A DNA stretch of 13,638 bases, taken from assembly GCF_006345805.1 (NCBI RefSeq), contig NW_021826107.1, forward strand, positions 1-13,638, read 5' to 3'. Source of the DNA: Octopus sinensis (Eukaryota). Each line of letters opens with the position of its first letter. The first letter of the stretch is position 1. Positions 1 to 9,174 of this stretch are shown here, piece after piece. The notes under the pieces were generated by a model, which was not told the DNA's origin, searched no databases, and saw only the letters and a program-made list of their open reading frames with translations. A program made the position numbers and the translations under genes.

Positions 1-115
1 ATGAATCACGACTATAAGATACCGCTTTTGGTTAAACTGCACCGCAAAATGTGGGAGTAGTTAGGAATCTAAATCGTAGGAGACAGACACACAACTTCAC
101 TTTTATATATAAAGA
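1..115 (-). mobile_element. 5' end of a non-autonomous Helitron-like element (runs off the window to the left)
   Basis: The minus strand reads A^TCTTTATATATAAAAGTGAAGTTGTGTGTCTGTCTCC. This is a TC start after A, then a TATATAAA run and a GTGT/CTGT tract, the usual 5' layout of animal non-autonomous Helitrons and the same layout as at 4365-4415. The 3' end is not in the window. Confidence 0.55.
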
Positions 116-427
116 TTAATTGCAATACACATTAATCTGATGGTTGACATTACTATGCAGCTCTATTCAAAGTGTTATCAAAGAAATACTAAACTTTAGG
201 TCGATTTGTTCAACTAAACACCGCAAGACATGGCCGCAGACCAATTAAAAAATAAAAGATACTCAAATTCAATCTTATTCTTTAAGATTCAAATTAATAG
301 ATTTCGTTCTAACATTTTTCATATTTTCAGTGAAATTCGGAGTCGGGAAGCGAAATGTGATCAGTAGTATTATACCAGTCGTTCTTTGGTATTGAGTACT
401 CTTTACTTTTCTTTCTTGTACTCTCAT

Positions 428-815
428 GCGTTTACATACGCGCAGGTTATGTAGTTTGTATGGCAGATGAAAGAATTCCAAAGCGTCTACTCTACGGAGA
501 ACTACGTTCTGGCAAGAAAAAAAAAACTCCTTAAAAATCAAAGTCAAGATACAAAACATGCTTTAAAACTGGTTTCATAAAAGATAATATTGATGTGCAA
601 AGCTGGGAAATGTTTATAATTGACATGGCACCACGGAGAATATATCTGCAGACTGTATTCCTGAATCATGAAGAGATTTCATTAGAAAGGGAAACTGTAA
701 ACGAGACGCGAGGAAAGGAAATCCACATGGTAATTAAATAATCTTTTAATCTTCATCCTGTAGCTAAGTTTGTCTGTCTAAGACTGATCTTGGTTCCTAC
801 TTGAAGATGAATGAA
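428..815 (+). pseudogene. Degraded RTE-clade LINE ORF2 C-terminal fragment (frameshifts and stops)
   Basis: From 442 the frame reads AGYVVCMADERIPKRLLYGELRSGK, matching the RTE motif WAGHVxRMxDxRIPKxLLYGELxxGKR. After frameshifts come NIDVQSWE, KRDARK and, at 759-812, CS*VCLSKTDLGSYLKM, which resembles the RTE C-terminal CxxxCxSxxGLxSH motif. Confidence 0.8.
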
Positions 816-1005
816 GCCAAAGAAATGATTTACACATGAATGAACGTATGTCTGCTAAGGATGTAATAAATTTTGCCTTTCTGTTGGTGGCCCCCGAAAG
901 GTCACATGTTTGCGTCTATACACAGTGCCAAGTGTTATGATTCAGCCCAGGTTTTAACTGACAAAAACACGTTTGATTGTATACTTCTCTCATAGATTCT
1001 AATAA

Positions 1006-1036
1006 AGGCGCATGACCTGATGGTTAGGGTTGTTGC
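1006..1036 (+). mobile_element. Possible isolated 5' head (A-box region) of a tRNA-derived SINE
   Basis: AGGCGCATGACCTGATGGTTAGGGTTGTTG resembles the SINE heads elsewhere in the window (AGGCGCAGGAGTGG...). No B box follows. Confidence 0.25.
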
Positions 1037-1501
1037 TGAGTGTACAGCTGTTCTATGTAACGCAAATGTAAGTAGGAAACCGTCTAAAACTAACACTTGG
1101 AACAAGGAATATTCTCCAAAGCGACACACGATTATGTATTGGTGTATCATCTACTAAACTAGAACATACCAACAGAAAGCGCTGCCACGTCTACAAGTGT
1201 GACGGATATCTTAAATCCTATCTTGAATGACACGTCATCGCAATTGAAGTAGGAGGACATAGCTACGAAATACTTGATCGATGAAAATGATAGGAATGGC
1301 TTTAAAACTCCACGTTACAACAGAAAATATCGATTGTGCCATTCTAGTGTGTAGAACAGCATCCAAACCATAACAAATTGCTCCCAAAATTTCTGCAACT
1401 TACTTCATCCTCGAAGATGCTATTGTCACGCCAAAACTGTTTACAATGAAAATTACTATTTTAAAATCTCGCAACATGAGATATTCAGCAACAGTACTTT
1501 G

Positions 1502-1776
1502 TAGTAAAGATTGTTTGCCAACATAACATGGCAGTCCTGGTTTAGGACGAATGTTGCTGTAATTTAGCCCCAGGAGACATCGTCTCCAGCTGGCTATACA
1601 ACACGATCTGTGTCCTTATCCTTTCGAACAAGAATGCTAGATTCCCTTGTTCGAAAATATAAGGACACAGATCGTGTCATATAGCCAGCTGGAGACGATG
1701 TCTCCTGGGGCTAAATTACAGCAGCATTTGTCCTAAACCAGGACTGCCATGTTATGCTGGCAAACAATCTTTACTA
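1502..1776. repeat. Long palindrome / fold-back element (MITE-like), arms ~131-134 bp
   Basis: 1502-1635 is the reverse complement of 1641-1776, with 7 substitutions and a 2-nt bulge near the GCTAG apex. Each arm contains a GGAGAC-ATC-GTCTCC mini-hairpin. Confidence 0.9.
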
Positions 1777-1950
1777 TTTACAATGATGTCTTCAGGAAGG
1801 ATTACATCAACGGCCATACAAAAGACACTTGAGAGGTAGACAACATCTACATGCATAACAATAAGGAATATTGACGGAATAATCTGTCAATAAAGAACAA
1901 TAGTCCAGGACGAACGAAACAAAACAGACCTGATATTGGCGTATGAGTGA

Positions 1951-1953
<3 letters not shown>

Positions 1954-2000
<47 letters not shown>
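1954..2000. repeat. (AT)n microsatellite
   Basis: Pure AT dinucleotide run. Confidence 0.95.
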
Positions 2001-2003
<3 letters not shown>

Positions 2004-2347
2004 CGGAAATGTACTCGCATAGCAAGTAATTTGATCTGAGATCGTGTGCTGAAACGAAAACAATTGCAGCGTGGAAGGTATTTATAAGCCATTTAAGAAA
2101 CACACAAAAGCCGTTCGATTCACTTCAACATTTAAGTTTAATTTGTCAAAATATTTTCGTCGCTAAAATCAGCGACCAGTTCACTGACAATGTTCACTGA
2201 GAAGCAGCACGGATTTTGTCAGTGAACAGGTCGCGGATTTTAGCGACGAAAATATTTTGACAAATTAAACTTAAATGTTGAAGTGAATCGAACGGCTTTG
2301 TGTGTTTCTTAATGTGCTTATAAAAATCTTCCACGCTGCAATTGTTT
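2001..2347. mobile_element. Fold-back/MITE-like element with ~133-bp inverted arms, between two TA tracts
   Basis: 2058-2190 pairs with 2216-2347 (roughly 90% identity) around a 25-nt spacer. Segment 2001-2057 has no partner on the right, where a TA tract begins at 2348. Confidence 0.8.
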
Positions 2348-2349
2348 AA

Positions 2350-2392
<43 letters not shown>

Positions 2393-2395
2393 TAT
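2348..2395. repeat. (TA)n microsatellite
   Basis: Near-pure TA run. Confidence 0.95.
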
Positions 2396-2606
2396 TGTTT
2401 TATTCTTTTATTTGTTTTAGTCATTTGACTGCCGCCATGCTGGAGCACTGCCTTTAGTCAAGCAAATCGACCCCAGGACTTATTCTTTGTAATCCTAGTA
2501 CTTATTCTATCGGTCTCTTTTGCCGAACCGCTAAGTTACGGGCACGTAAACACACTACCATCGGTTGTCAAGCGATGAAAGGGGGACAAATACAGGCACG
2601 CAAATA
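2396..2606 (-). mobile_element. 3' half of octopus-type tRNA-SINE (family of 6646-7066 and 11491-11893), interrupted by a mariner
   Basis: The reverse complement aligns with 11690-11890 (...GGGGTCGATTTGCT..GACTAAAGGCAGTGCTCCAGCATGGCGGCAGTCAAATGACT...). Confidence 0.9.
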
Positions 2607-2904
2607 TTAGGTTGTCATGAAAGGTCCTGCGGTTTTTAACCTTTAAATTCAGATGCACATATCTCGGCTCAAACAAAACTTTATTAATCGAAATAAACAC
2701 TATCAGAATCAACACACTTTTGCCAACGCGAAACAAGTTTATTTATGCCAGTAGCGTGAAAATGACCTTCTTCTAGGGCGATGAAGTCGTTGGGTTGTTT
2801 GGTGTGTGTTTGGCATCGTTGGTTTTGAAGCATTTCTCACGCAGGAAGTTGTCGAGATGCTTGGAAAAGTGGTAGTCGGTAGGCGAGAAGTCTGGTGAGT
2901 ATGG
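2607..2904 (-). mobile_element. Mariner (Hsmar1/cecropia-like) 3' fragment: transposase C-terminus remnant plus terminal inverted repeat
   Basis: The minus strand encodes PYSPDFSPTDYHFSKHLDNFLREKCF, then after frameshifts NDFIA...FHATGINK/LVSRWQKCVDSDSVYFD* (stop at 2684-2686). This parallels Hsmar1 PYSPDLSPTDYHFFKHLDNFL...FYATGINKLISRWQKCVDCNGSYFD. The TIR TTAGGTTGTCATGAAAGGTCCTGCGGTTTT (2607-2636) follows a TA target (2605-2606) and resembles the Hsmar1 TIR TTAGGTTGGTGCAAAAGTAATTGCGGTTTT. Confidence 0.9.
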
Positions 2905-3255
2905 CGCGCGCACACACACACATACATATGTTTCATAGCTAGCAGAACCTCGGAAATAGTAATTATCCAAACGTGTGGATGAATCCGTTAACTGCTCGTC
3001 GGACGAAAGATACCCGAACCAAAAAAGGGTTTATATTGTTGTCAAGGGATCCCGTGATGACTCGCAGGAGATTCAATGGAAAATGCGTGGAAAGCACAGA
3101 AATTGAGAGGTAAAAGGAAAACGTATTAATGAAAAAGTAATCTAAGAAAGTGGGTAAATGTCTAAACTTGTTAAGGAAAAGAATAAGAACACGAAAAGAG
3201 AAAAGGAGACGAGTACTTCTTCACCAATATGCTTTCCCTTTTCTTCTCAATTTCT

Positions 3256-3440
3256 TATTTCTTTATTACCCACAAGGGGCAACCCACAGAGGGAACAAAC
3301 AAGGACAGACAAACGGATTAAGTCGATTATATCGACCCCCAGTGCGTAACTAGTAATTATTTAATCGACCCCGAAAGGATGAAAGGCAAAGTCGGCCTCG
3401 GCGGAATTTGAACTCGGAACGTAACGGCAGACGAAATGCC
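3256..3440 (-). mobile_element. 5'-truncated tRNA-SINE copy (B box, core and tail; lacks A box), in tandem with the next copy
   Basis: Direct repeat of 3441-3624 with scattered substitutions. Confidence 0.9.
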
Positions 3441-3670
3441 TATTTCTTTATTACCCACAAGGGGCTAAACACAGAGGGGACAAACAAGGACAGACAAACG
3501 GATCAAGTCGATTACATCGACCCCAGTGCGTAACTGGTACTTAATTTATCGACCCCGAAAGGATGAAAGGCAAAGTCGACCTCGGCGGAATTTGAACTCG
3601 GAACGTAACGGTAGACGAAATACCGCTAAGCATTTCGCCCGGCGTGCTAACGATTCTGCCAAATCGCCGT
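3441..3670 (-). mobile_element. Full-length octopus-type tRNA-derived SINE
   Basis: Minus strand has an A box TGGCAGAATCG (3651-3661), a B box GAGTTCAAATT (3589-3599), a core GCCTTTCATCCTTTCGGGGTCGATAAA...GGGGTCGATGTAATCGAC and a tail ending AATAAAGAAATA. A TSD flanks the dimer at 3236-3255 / 3671-3687. Confidence 0.9.
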
Positions 3671-4129
3671 CCCTTTTCTCAATTTCTGTGCTTTCCACAC
3701 ATTTTCGATCGAATCTCCTGTGAGTCATCAGGGGATCTCTTTATCCTGCGAGTCATCATGTGATTCCATGACGACAATGTAAACCTCTTTTGATTCAGGT
3801 ATCTTTAGTTAGCGGATTAATCCATCGTTTGGATAATTACTACTTCCCAGGTTCCGCCCGCAGTGAAACATATGTACCATGAATTTTATCTATTCCATTC
3901 TCTAATTTTAGATTTCTATTTGCATACACAGCAACGCCTGCTGCTAACCGGAAGCTATAAAATCATTTTTTTCAGCTTATCGAACTTCGATATAGGAAAA
4001 CTTTTAAACCTTCTACGTCAATAAACCATTATTGTTCCTGTAAGTTGTTCTTTATACTTTCTACGGACTGCTCGAAGCTGACTAGCTTCCTACACCTGGA
4101 GCCTTGGATCTTACCTTTACATATGATAT

Positions 4130-4144
4130 AATATATGTACATAT

Positions 4145-4176
<32 letters not shown>

Positions 4177-4284
4177 ATATATATATATATATAAACATAA
4201 TACATACATACATACATATATCTACATATATATAGATATATATATATATATATATAATATATATATATGTATATATATATACAT

Positions 4285-4315
<31 letters not shown>

Positions 4316-4316
4316 T

Positions 4317-4374
<58 letters not shown>
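4130..4374. repeat. Long imperfect (TA)n/(TACA)n microsatellite
   Basis: Seen directly. It produces the YIYI-type spurious ORFs. Confidence 0.95.
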
Positions 4375-4378
<4 letters not shown>

Positions 4379-5190
4379 GGCAGTTTTTGTCTGTCTGTGT
4401 GTCTGTGTGTCTGTCAGGTTGTACCCTCACCCTGACCACGGCTTTCAACCGATTCTGATGATGAAACTTGACACACACATAGCCCAATGTCTAATTTAAA
4501 ACTAACACAGCGAAAATTTTGAAAAGTTCTCCCAGTTCTGAAAAAAATTGATAAATTCGACATGGGTCGAGAATCTAAGCTTCTTATATGCAACACATTT
4601 TCTGTTGTAGTTTTCGCAACTTGCAATCGATTTTCACTAAACTCATGGTGAAGCTTAATGTTACCCTAAGAAACTTAATTCTGACGTTAGTTTTCCATGC
4701 AATACCTTACCATCAGAAAAAAAAATCGATAAATCATGCCATTTTGGGAAATCGCGTTCATTCAAATCAAGATGACATATTTCGACAATATCTTTCACAA
4801 ATTGGCAGGAATTTTTTTTTTAATTCACAGCGACCATCATGTCTGCTCCTTTTTATTCCAATAGGATACTTGATTACTGGAAAAAATCGGTTAATTAAAT
4901 CATATGTGGCACACATAGCAAACCGATTTGTGTATTAAACACAAGCCACAGACTGTCTAGGGGATGCAACTCGACCTTTTTAATTCTCTTGGGAGGCGCA
5001 ATGATGTTTTCATGTTTTCGCCCAAAGGGACAGCTAGGAACATCGTATACACAGAGGTATTCGAGTGAAGAGAAGACATTGCAACCTATACATGCGCCTT
5101 CGTTCCCTAGGGGGAAAGGACTAGATTGGGATTAGTCGTTGCCTACTAGCGGCTCTTACATACCCGGGCAACGCCGGGCTATGCTGCTAG
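4365..5190 (+). mobile_element. Non-autonomous Helitron
   Basis: The 3' terminus is the hairpin CCCGG-GCAACG-CCGGG (5163-5178), an 8-nt spacer, then CTAG (5187-5190) followed by T. The 5' region is TATATAAACGGCAG plus a GTCT/GTGT tract and a CCGATT..GATGAAACTTG motif. The exact 5' TC is lost in the TA tract, so the start is approximate. Confidence 0.8.
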
Positions 5191-5527
5191 TATATATATA
5201 TATATATATATACAAATTGAGATTATTAATAATATTATGAATGATAATAATGGTAGCATTAATGGTATTGACAACGATAATGATGCTAACTTTAACGACA
5301 CTTTGGAAATTAGTAGGAAGTAATATAATGTACTATTGACTATGTGCATTTGCATCTAGGTACTAATATGTGTATGTTTATTATCACAATATTAAGTTGA
5401 AGAACTGAAACATTGAATGTGGAACATATATATGTTTACTAATTTGTATTATTTATTTACATCATTATGTATATGTATATTTTTATAGTATAGGAGTGTG
5501 GAGTATATGCACTCATATGTATATGTA

Positions 5528-5654
5528 TATCTCCGAAGAGGCCTTATGATATTTTTGTAAATGTCTCATTTAGATCTATATATTGACCTACCTAAAAGGC
5601 TAATATTGGTAAATGAGACATACTTATCCCATGGCCGAAACAGCTGTAAGAGTA
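5528..5654 (+). ncRNA. Type I hammerhead ribozyme motif (Penelope/retrozyme-type), U4C variant, long stem II
   Basis: Core C-C-GAAGA (5533-5539). Stem II is GGCC/GGCC closing ~97 nt that include a perfect 12-bp helix (5561-5572/5610-5621). GAA lies at 5637-5639. Stem III is AC-[AGCT]-GT (palindrome ACAGCTGT), with a GUA site at 5646-5648. Stem I is TCT/AGA plus TA/TA across a bulge. Confidence 0.7.
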
Positions 5655-5942
5655 ATCTATATACTTATATTTATATTTACTTATATTATATTCTCTTTTT
5701 TATATTATTCTACTTATTATACAACATTACTCTTTATGTACACTTTTTTATGTTCATTCCTTATGTACACTAATTTGTTCTGCTTTTTTATATTTACCCT
5801 ACAGTCTCTTATGTGGTGGTTTAATAAAGTATGTGATTGAGTATTATCTGGTAATTGATATTTGATTTAGATGTATTTCTCCATTTTTCTTATCTTGTAA
5901 TTATATAATATATAATATATATATATATATATATATTATATA

Positions 5943-6240
5943 TTAGCAATTAAGGACAACTACTTAATAAGGAAAACTTAACAAGAAATTGTCAGGTAGA
6001 TAGCGTAAAAACCTCATAAGAGAAAAAATTTCGAAAATAATTATTTCTTATTGAACATATTAATTTATATATAGAGGGCATTATACATACATGTGTATGT
6101 ATAATGCCCTCTATATATAATTAATATGTTCAATAAGAAATAATTATTTTCGAAATTTTTTCTCTTATGAGGTTTTTACGCTATCTACCTGACAATTTCT
6201 TGTTAAGTTTTCCTTATTAAGTAGTTGTCCTTATTGCTAA
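5943..6240. repeat. Essentially perfect palindrome, arms 149/147 bp, apex at 6092-6093
   Basis: 5943-6091 is the reverse complement of 6094-6240, with no substitutions and only two single-T homopolymer indels. Confidence 0.92.
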
Positions 6241-6593
6241 ATTTTTATTCCGAAAAAACTTTTCCTCTCCCGAAATGCAATTCGTAAAAGTTTGCCATTT
6301 ATCCGGATGTAATATATGTAACTCACCCATGTGCTTCGTTGATGTTGAGCAGTTAGCTGATCGGCTTAAGCGGGGCAGGGTCGTTGTTTATTTATAATAC
6401 ATTCAGCCTGCTGAGTACGTAAGTATGAAATCACTGTGATACAGGTCTATATTTTTTTAATGTCTTACTTTGAAAAATTGCATTCGGTGGGATTAGTAAT
6501 AATTTTGGTAGAAATGACTAATTGTCCCTCTTAGCGTTTGGCATGTATGTATAATGCCTTCTGGCATGTATGTATAATGCCCTCTATATATAA
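6094..6593. repeat. ~500-bp segment bounded by 27-bp direct repeats, with a 2x23-bp tandem at its right end
   Basis: TGTATGTATAATGCCCTCTATATATAA occurs at 6094-6120 and 6567-6593. TGGCATGTATGTATAATGCC(T/C)TC is tandem at 6539-6561/6562-6584. Confidence 0.75.
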
Positions 6594-6645
6594 ATATAAT
6601 ATATATATATAATATATATTATATTATATATATATATATATACAT

Positions 6646-7066
6646 AGGCCCTGAGTGGCTGTGTGGTAAGAAGCTTTCTTCCCACCACATGGTTCCGGAT
6701 TCAATCCCACTGCGTGGCACCTTCGGTAACTGTCTACTACTATAGCCTCGGGACGACCAAAGCCTTGTGAGTGAGTTTAATAGACGGAAACTGAAAGAAC
6801 CCATCGTGTATATGTGTGTGTACGTTTGTGTGTGTGTATTTATGTATGTGTGTGTGTGTGTATGCCTTTGTGTCTGTGTTTGTCATCCCACCATTGTTCG
6901 ACAACCGATATTGGTTCGTTTATGTCCCCATAATCTAGTGGTTCGACAAAGAAGACCGATAGAATAAGTACTAGGCTTACAAAGAACAAGTCCTGGGGTC
7001 GATTTGTTCGACTAAAGGCCGTGCTCCAGCATGGCCGCAGTCAAATGACTGATACGTGTAAAATAG
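6646..7066 (+). mobile_element. Full-length octopus-type tRNA-SINE with internal (TG/TA) microsatellite
   Basis: A box TGGCTGTGTGG (6656-6666), B box GGATTCAATCC (6697-6707). Colinear with 11491-11893. Confidence 0.9.
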
Positions 7067-7249
7067 TATATATACACACACACACACGTGTGTGTGCATA
7101 CGTATTGCGTATGTGCTTGTGTGTTCACAGTGTACTCGAAAGATTTATCGGCTCATTTCCGTTCACCCACTGGCAGTTGAACCAAGTGAAATTGGGGAGA
7201 TTAAAACTGAGTGTGTAAATCTGTTGGGTTCAATGGGCCCCAGGTATTG

Positions 7250-7315
7250 AAAGGCAGAGTGTTCTCACATACTGTGTCGCACAGATCATCCCAGAAAATC
7301 ACATTAAGGGTCACG
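7250..7315 (+). mobile_element. Possible decayed SINE-tail fragment
   Basis: TCTCACATACTGTGTCGCACAGATC..CCAGAAAATCACATTAAGGGTCAC resembles an octopus repeat tail as I remember it. This is not verified. Confidence 0.25.
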
Positions 7316-7429
7316 GGTTTATAAATTATGTCGTCTCTCAAAAAGCTGATAATTCAGCTGGCCTGACAACTGAATCTTCATCTTAGAAACGGATTGAGTC
7401 CCATAAATGTTTTTAAATGTGTTAACACA

Positions 7430-7660
7430 CAATCACGCATGCGCACCACACACACTACGTACGGTTATATAAAACCTATTAAGGTATATGTGCGTATATA
7501 TGCTATAAGTATGCGTGTGAAGATGAATGTATGTATACGTATGTAGCGTATGTAATATATGTTCGTATATGTGTGTGTGCTTATATATATTCGTTTATAA
7601 ATGTGTATACGCGTGTGTGTGTGCGTGTCTGTACATACACACACACACACACACATGTAT
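7430..7660. repeat. Low-complexity TA/TG/CA repeat region
   Basis: Seen directly. Confidence 0.8.
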
Positions 7661-8229
7661 ACAGAGGGACAAAGAGAAAAGGAGGAGGAGAAAATAAAAG
7701 AGCAGATTTCTCAGGTTAAATCGCCCACGACTTGTCAAAAATTGTAACGGTGCTATTTTGTATTGGTGCGATGCAGTGCGGTATACAGTAGGTTAGGGTA
7801 GTTGAGGACAGTCAAGCAGAGTTTACATAATAAACTTGAAGACAACACCATGGTGTTGCTTGTTGTAATTGTCAATCGACTACACGCGGTTAAACAACAA
7901 ATTGCTGTAGTTATAGAAAACATGGCGACAGTCACTATGTCAAAGAAATTTTTCGCTGCTGTTGTTGCAAAGTCATCTTTGTTTTTGCAACCGTATTTTC
8001 GACTATGACGTCGTAACAGTTGAAATGTTCGTACGACAGCGGGACAGCAAAATTAAGAGAACCTTGTTATATAAATATTTACATCTTTTACAGCAATGTA
8101 TGTGTGTGAGTGTTTGAATATTTTCATGTATGTAATGAGTGTGTGTGTGCGCATATGTGTGTGCGGTGTGTGTTGTGTGTGAGGTAGTCGTTTAAAAATA
8201 TAGCAGTATATATAAACACTCGACGTTGA

Positions 8230-8261
8230 ATATACATATACATACATAATACATATATATA

Positions 8262-8307
<46 letters not shown>

Positions 8308-8495
8308 GATCTGTAAATGTAATATGTGACAATTATATGTCTGTGTGTAGATATATATATATATATATATCTATATAACATATATGTATGTATGTATGTT
8401 ATATATATATATATATATAATATCTATATTTTTATATATATATATATATAATTATAATATCATATAGATATATATATAATATATATACATATTAT
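8230..8495. repeat. Imperfect (TA)n region
   Basis: Seen directly. Confidence 0.9.
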
Positions 8496-8809
8496 TATGC
8501 AAATCTGCGTATTTATTTAAACAGGTTTTATTTTTTTAATATTGACGTAGCAATGATATTTGAAGTAATCAAAATAAAGTTGACGAGTCAAGGATTGGTC
8601 TCATACGCCTTGCATAAGAATTTAAAACCTTAAAGTCGGTGAAAGAAAGCTTTTGCGCTATCTCCCGCTTGCATCTTGTTATTATTATATTACTAATGAA
8701 CTCGCGCGGTCAAAAATGATGGCACGGGTATCAACTATACAAAAACGTATTTCAATACGAAAAACAAACTTCCTTTTGCCGTAATGTTAACTGATGTTAA
8801 CTATTCATA

Positions 8810-8868
8810 TCATATACATACATAAATACATACATAATACATATATATAATATATACATATATATAAT

Positions 8869-8901
<33 letters not shown>

Positions 8902-8960
8902 TTATTTATGCATATACATGTATGTATGTATATGTGTGTGTTTGTGTATTTATATGCACA
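8810..8960. repeat. Imperfect (TA)n/(TACA)n region
   Basis: Seen directly. Confidence 0.85.
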
Positions 8961-9021
8961 TTATATTACGTGCTTTATAACCAAAAGAAAAACACGATTA
9001 GTGTTCATCTAATCTAGGTAT

Positions 9022-9056
9022 TTCTCTCTCTCTTTCTCTCTCTTTCTTCTTTTCTC

Positions 9057-9089
<33 letters not shown>

Positions 9090-9121
9090 TCCTCTCTCTC
9101 CTCTCTCTCTCTCTCTCTCTC
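9022..9121. repeat. (TC)n polypyrimidine microsatellite
   Basis: About 100 nt of almost only C and T. It produces the RERE-type spurious ORF. Confidence 0.95.
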
Positions 9122-9174
9122 GCCCACACACTATGTACCTATTGTGTGTACTGTATACATACATACCCACACAC

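Larger units (their letters stand above)
2923..3876. mobile_element. MITE-like element with ~215-250-bp inverted arms and TA-flanked ends, carrying a SINE dimer inside its right arm
   Basis: The ends are TA|CATATGTTTCA...TGAAACATATG|TA. The left arm 2925-3139 matches (~80%, with indels) the reverse complement of 3214-3255 plus 3671-3874. The spacer is 3140-3213. Confidence 0.8.

Noticed and set aside
1405-1445. CTCGAAGATG...CCAAAACTGT as a relic hammerhead
   Set aside because: It needs multiple core repairs and has no convincing stems.
3700-3731. Minus-strand CTGATGA...GAAA in the MITE arm
   Set aside because: Positions 10.1 and 11.1 are both C, stem II does not close, and there are no stems I or III.
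4456-4468. CTGATGATGAAAC as a hammerhead core
   Set aside because: There is no room for stem II. It is part of the Helitron's CCGATT..GATGAAACTT motif.
4588-4938. 116-aa ORF in the Helitron as captured gene or RepHel fragment
   Set aside because: It has no Rep or helicase motifs, and its composition reflects AT-rich non-coding DNA.
6539-6593. Short direct repeats as a CRISPR-like array
   Set aside because: There are only two adjacent units with no spacers, in a eukaryotic context.
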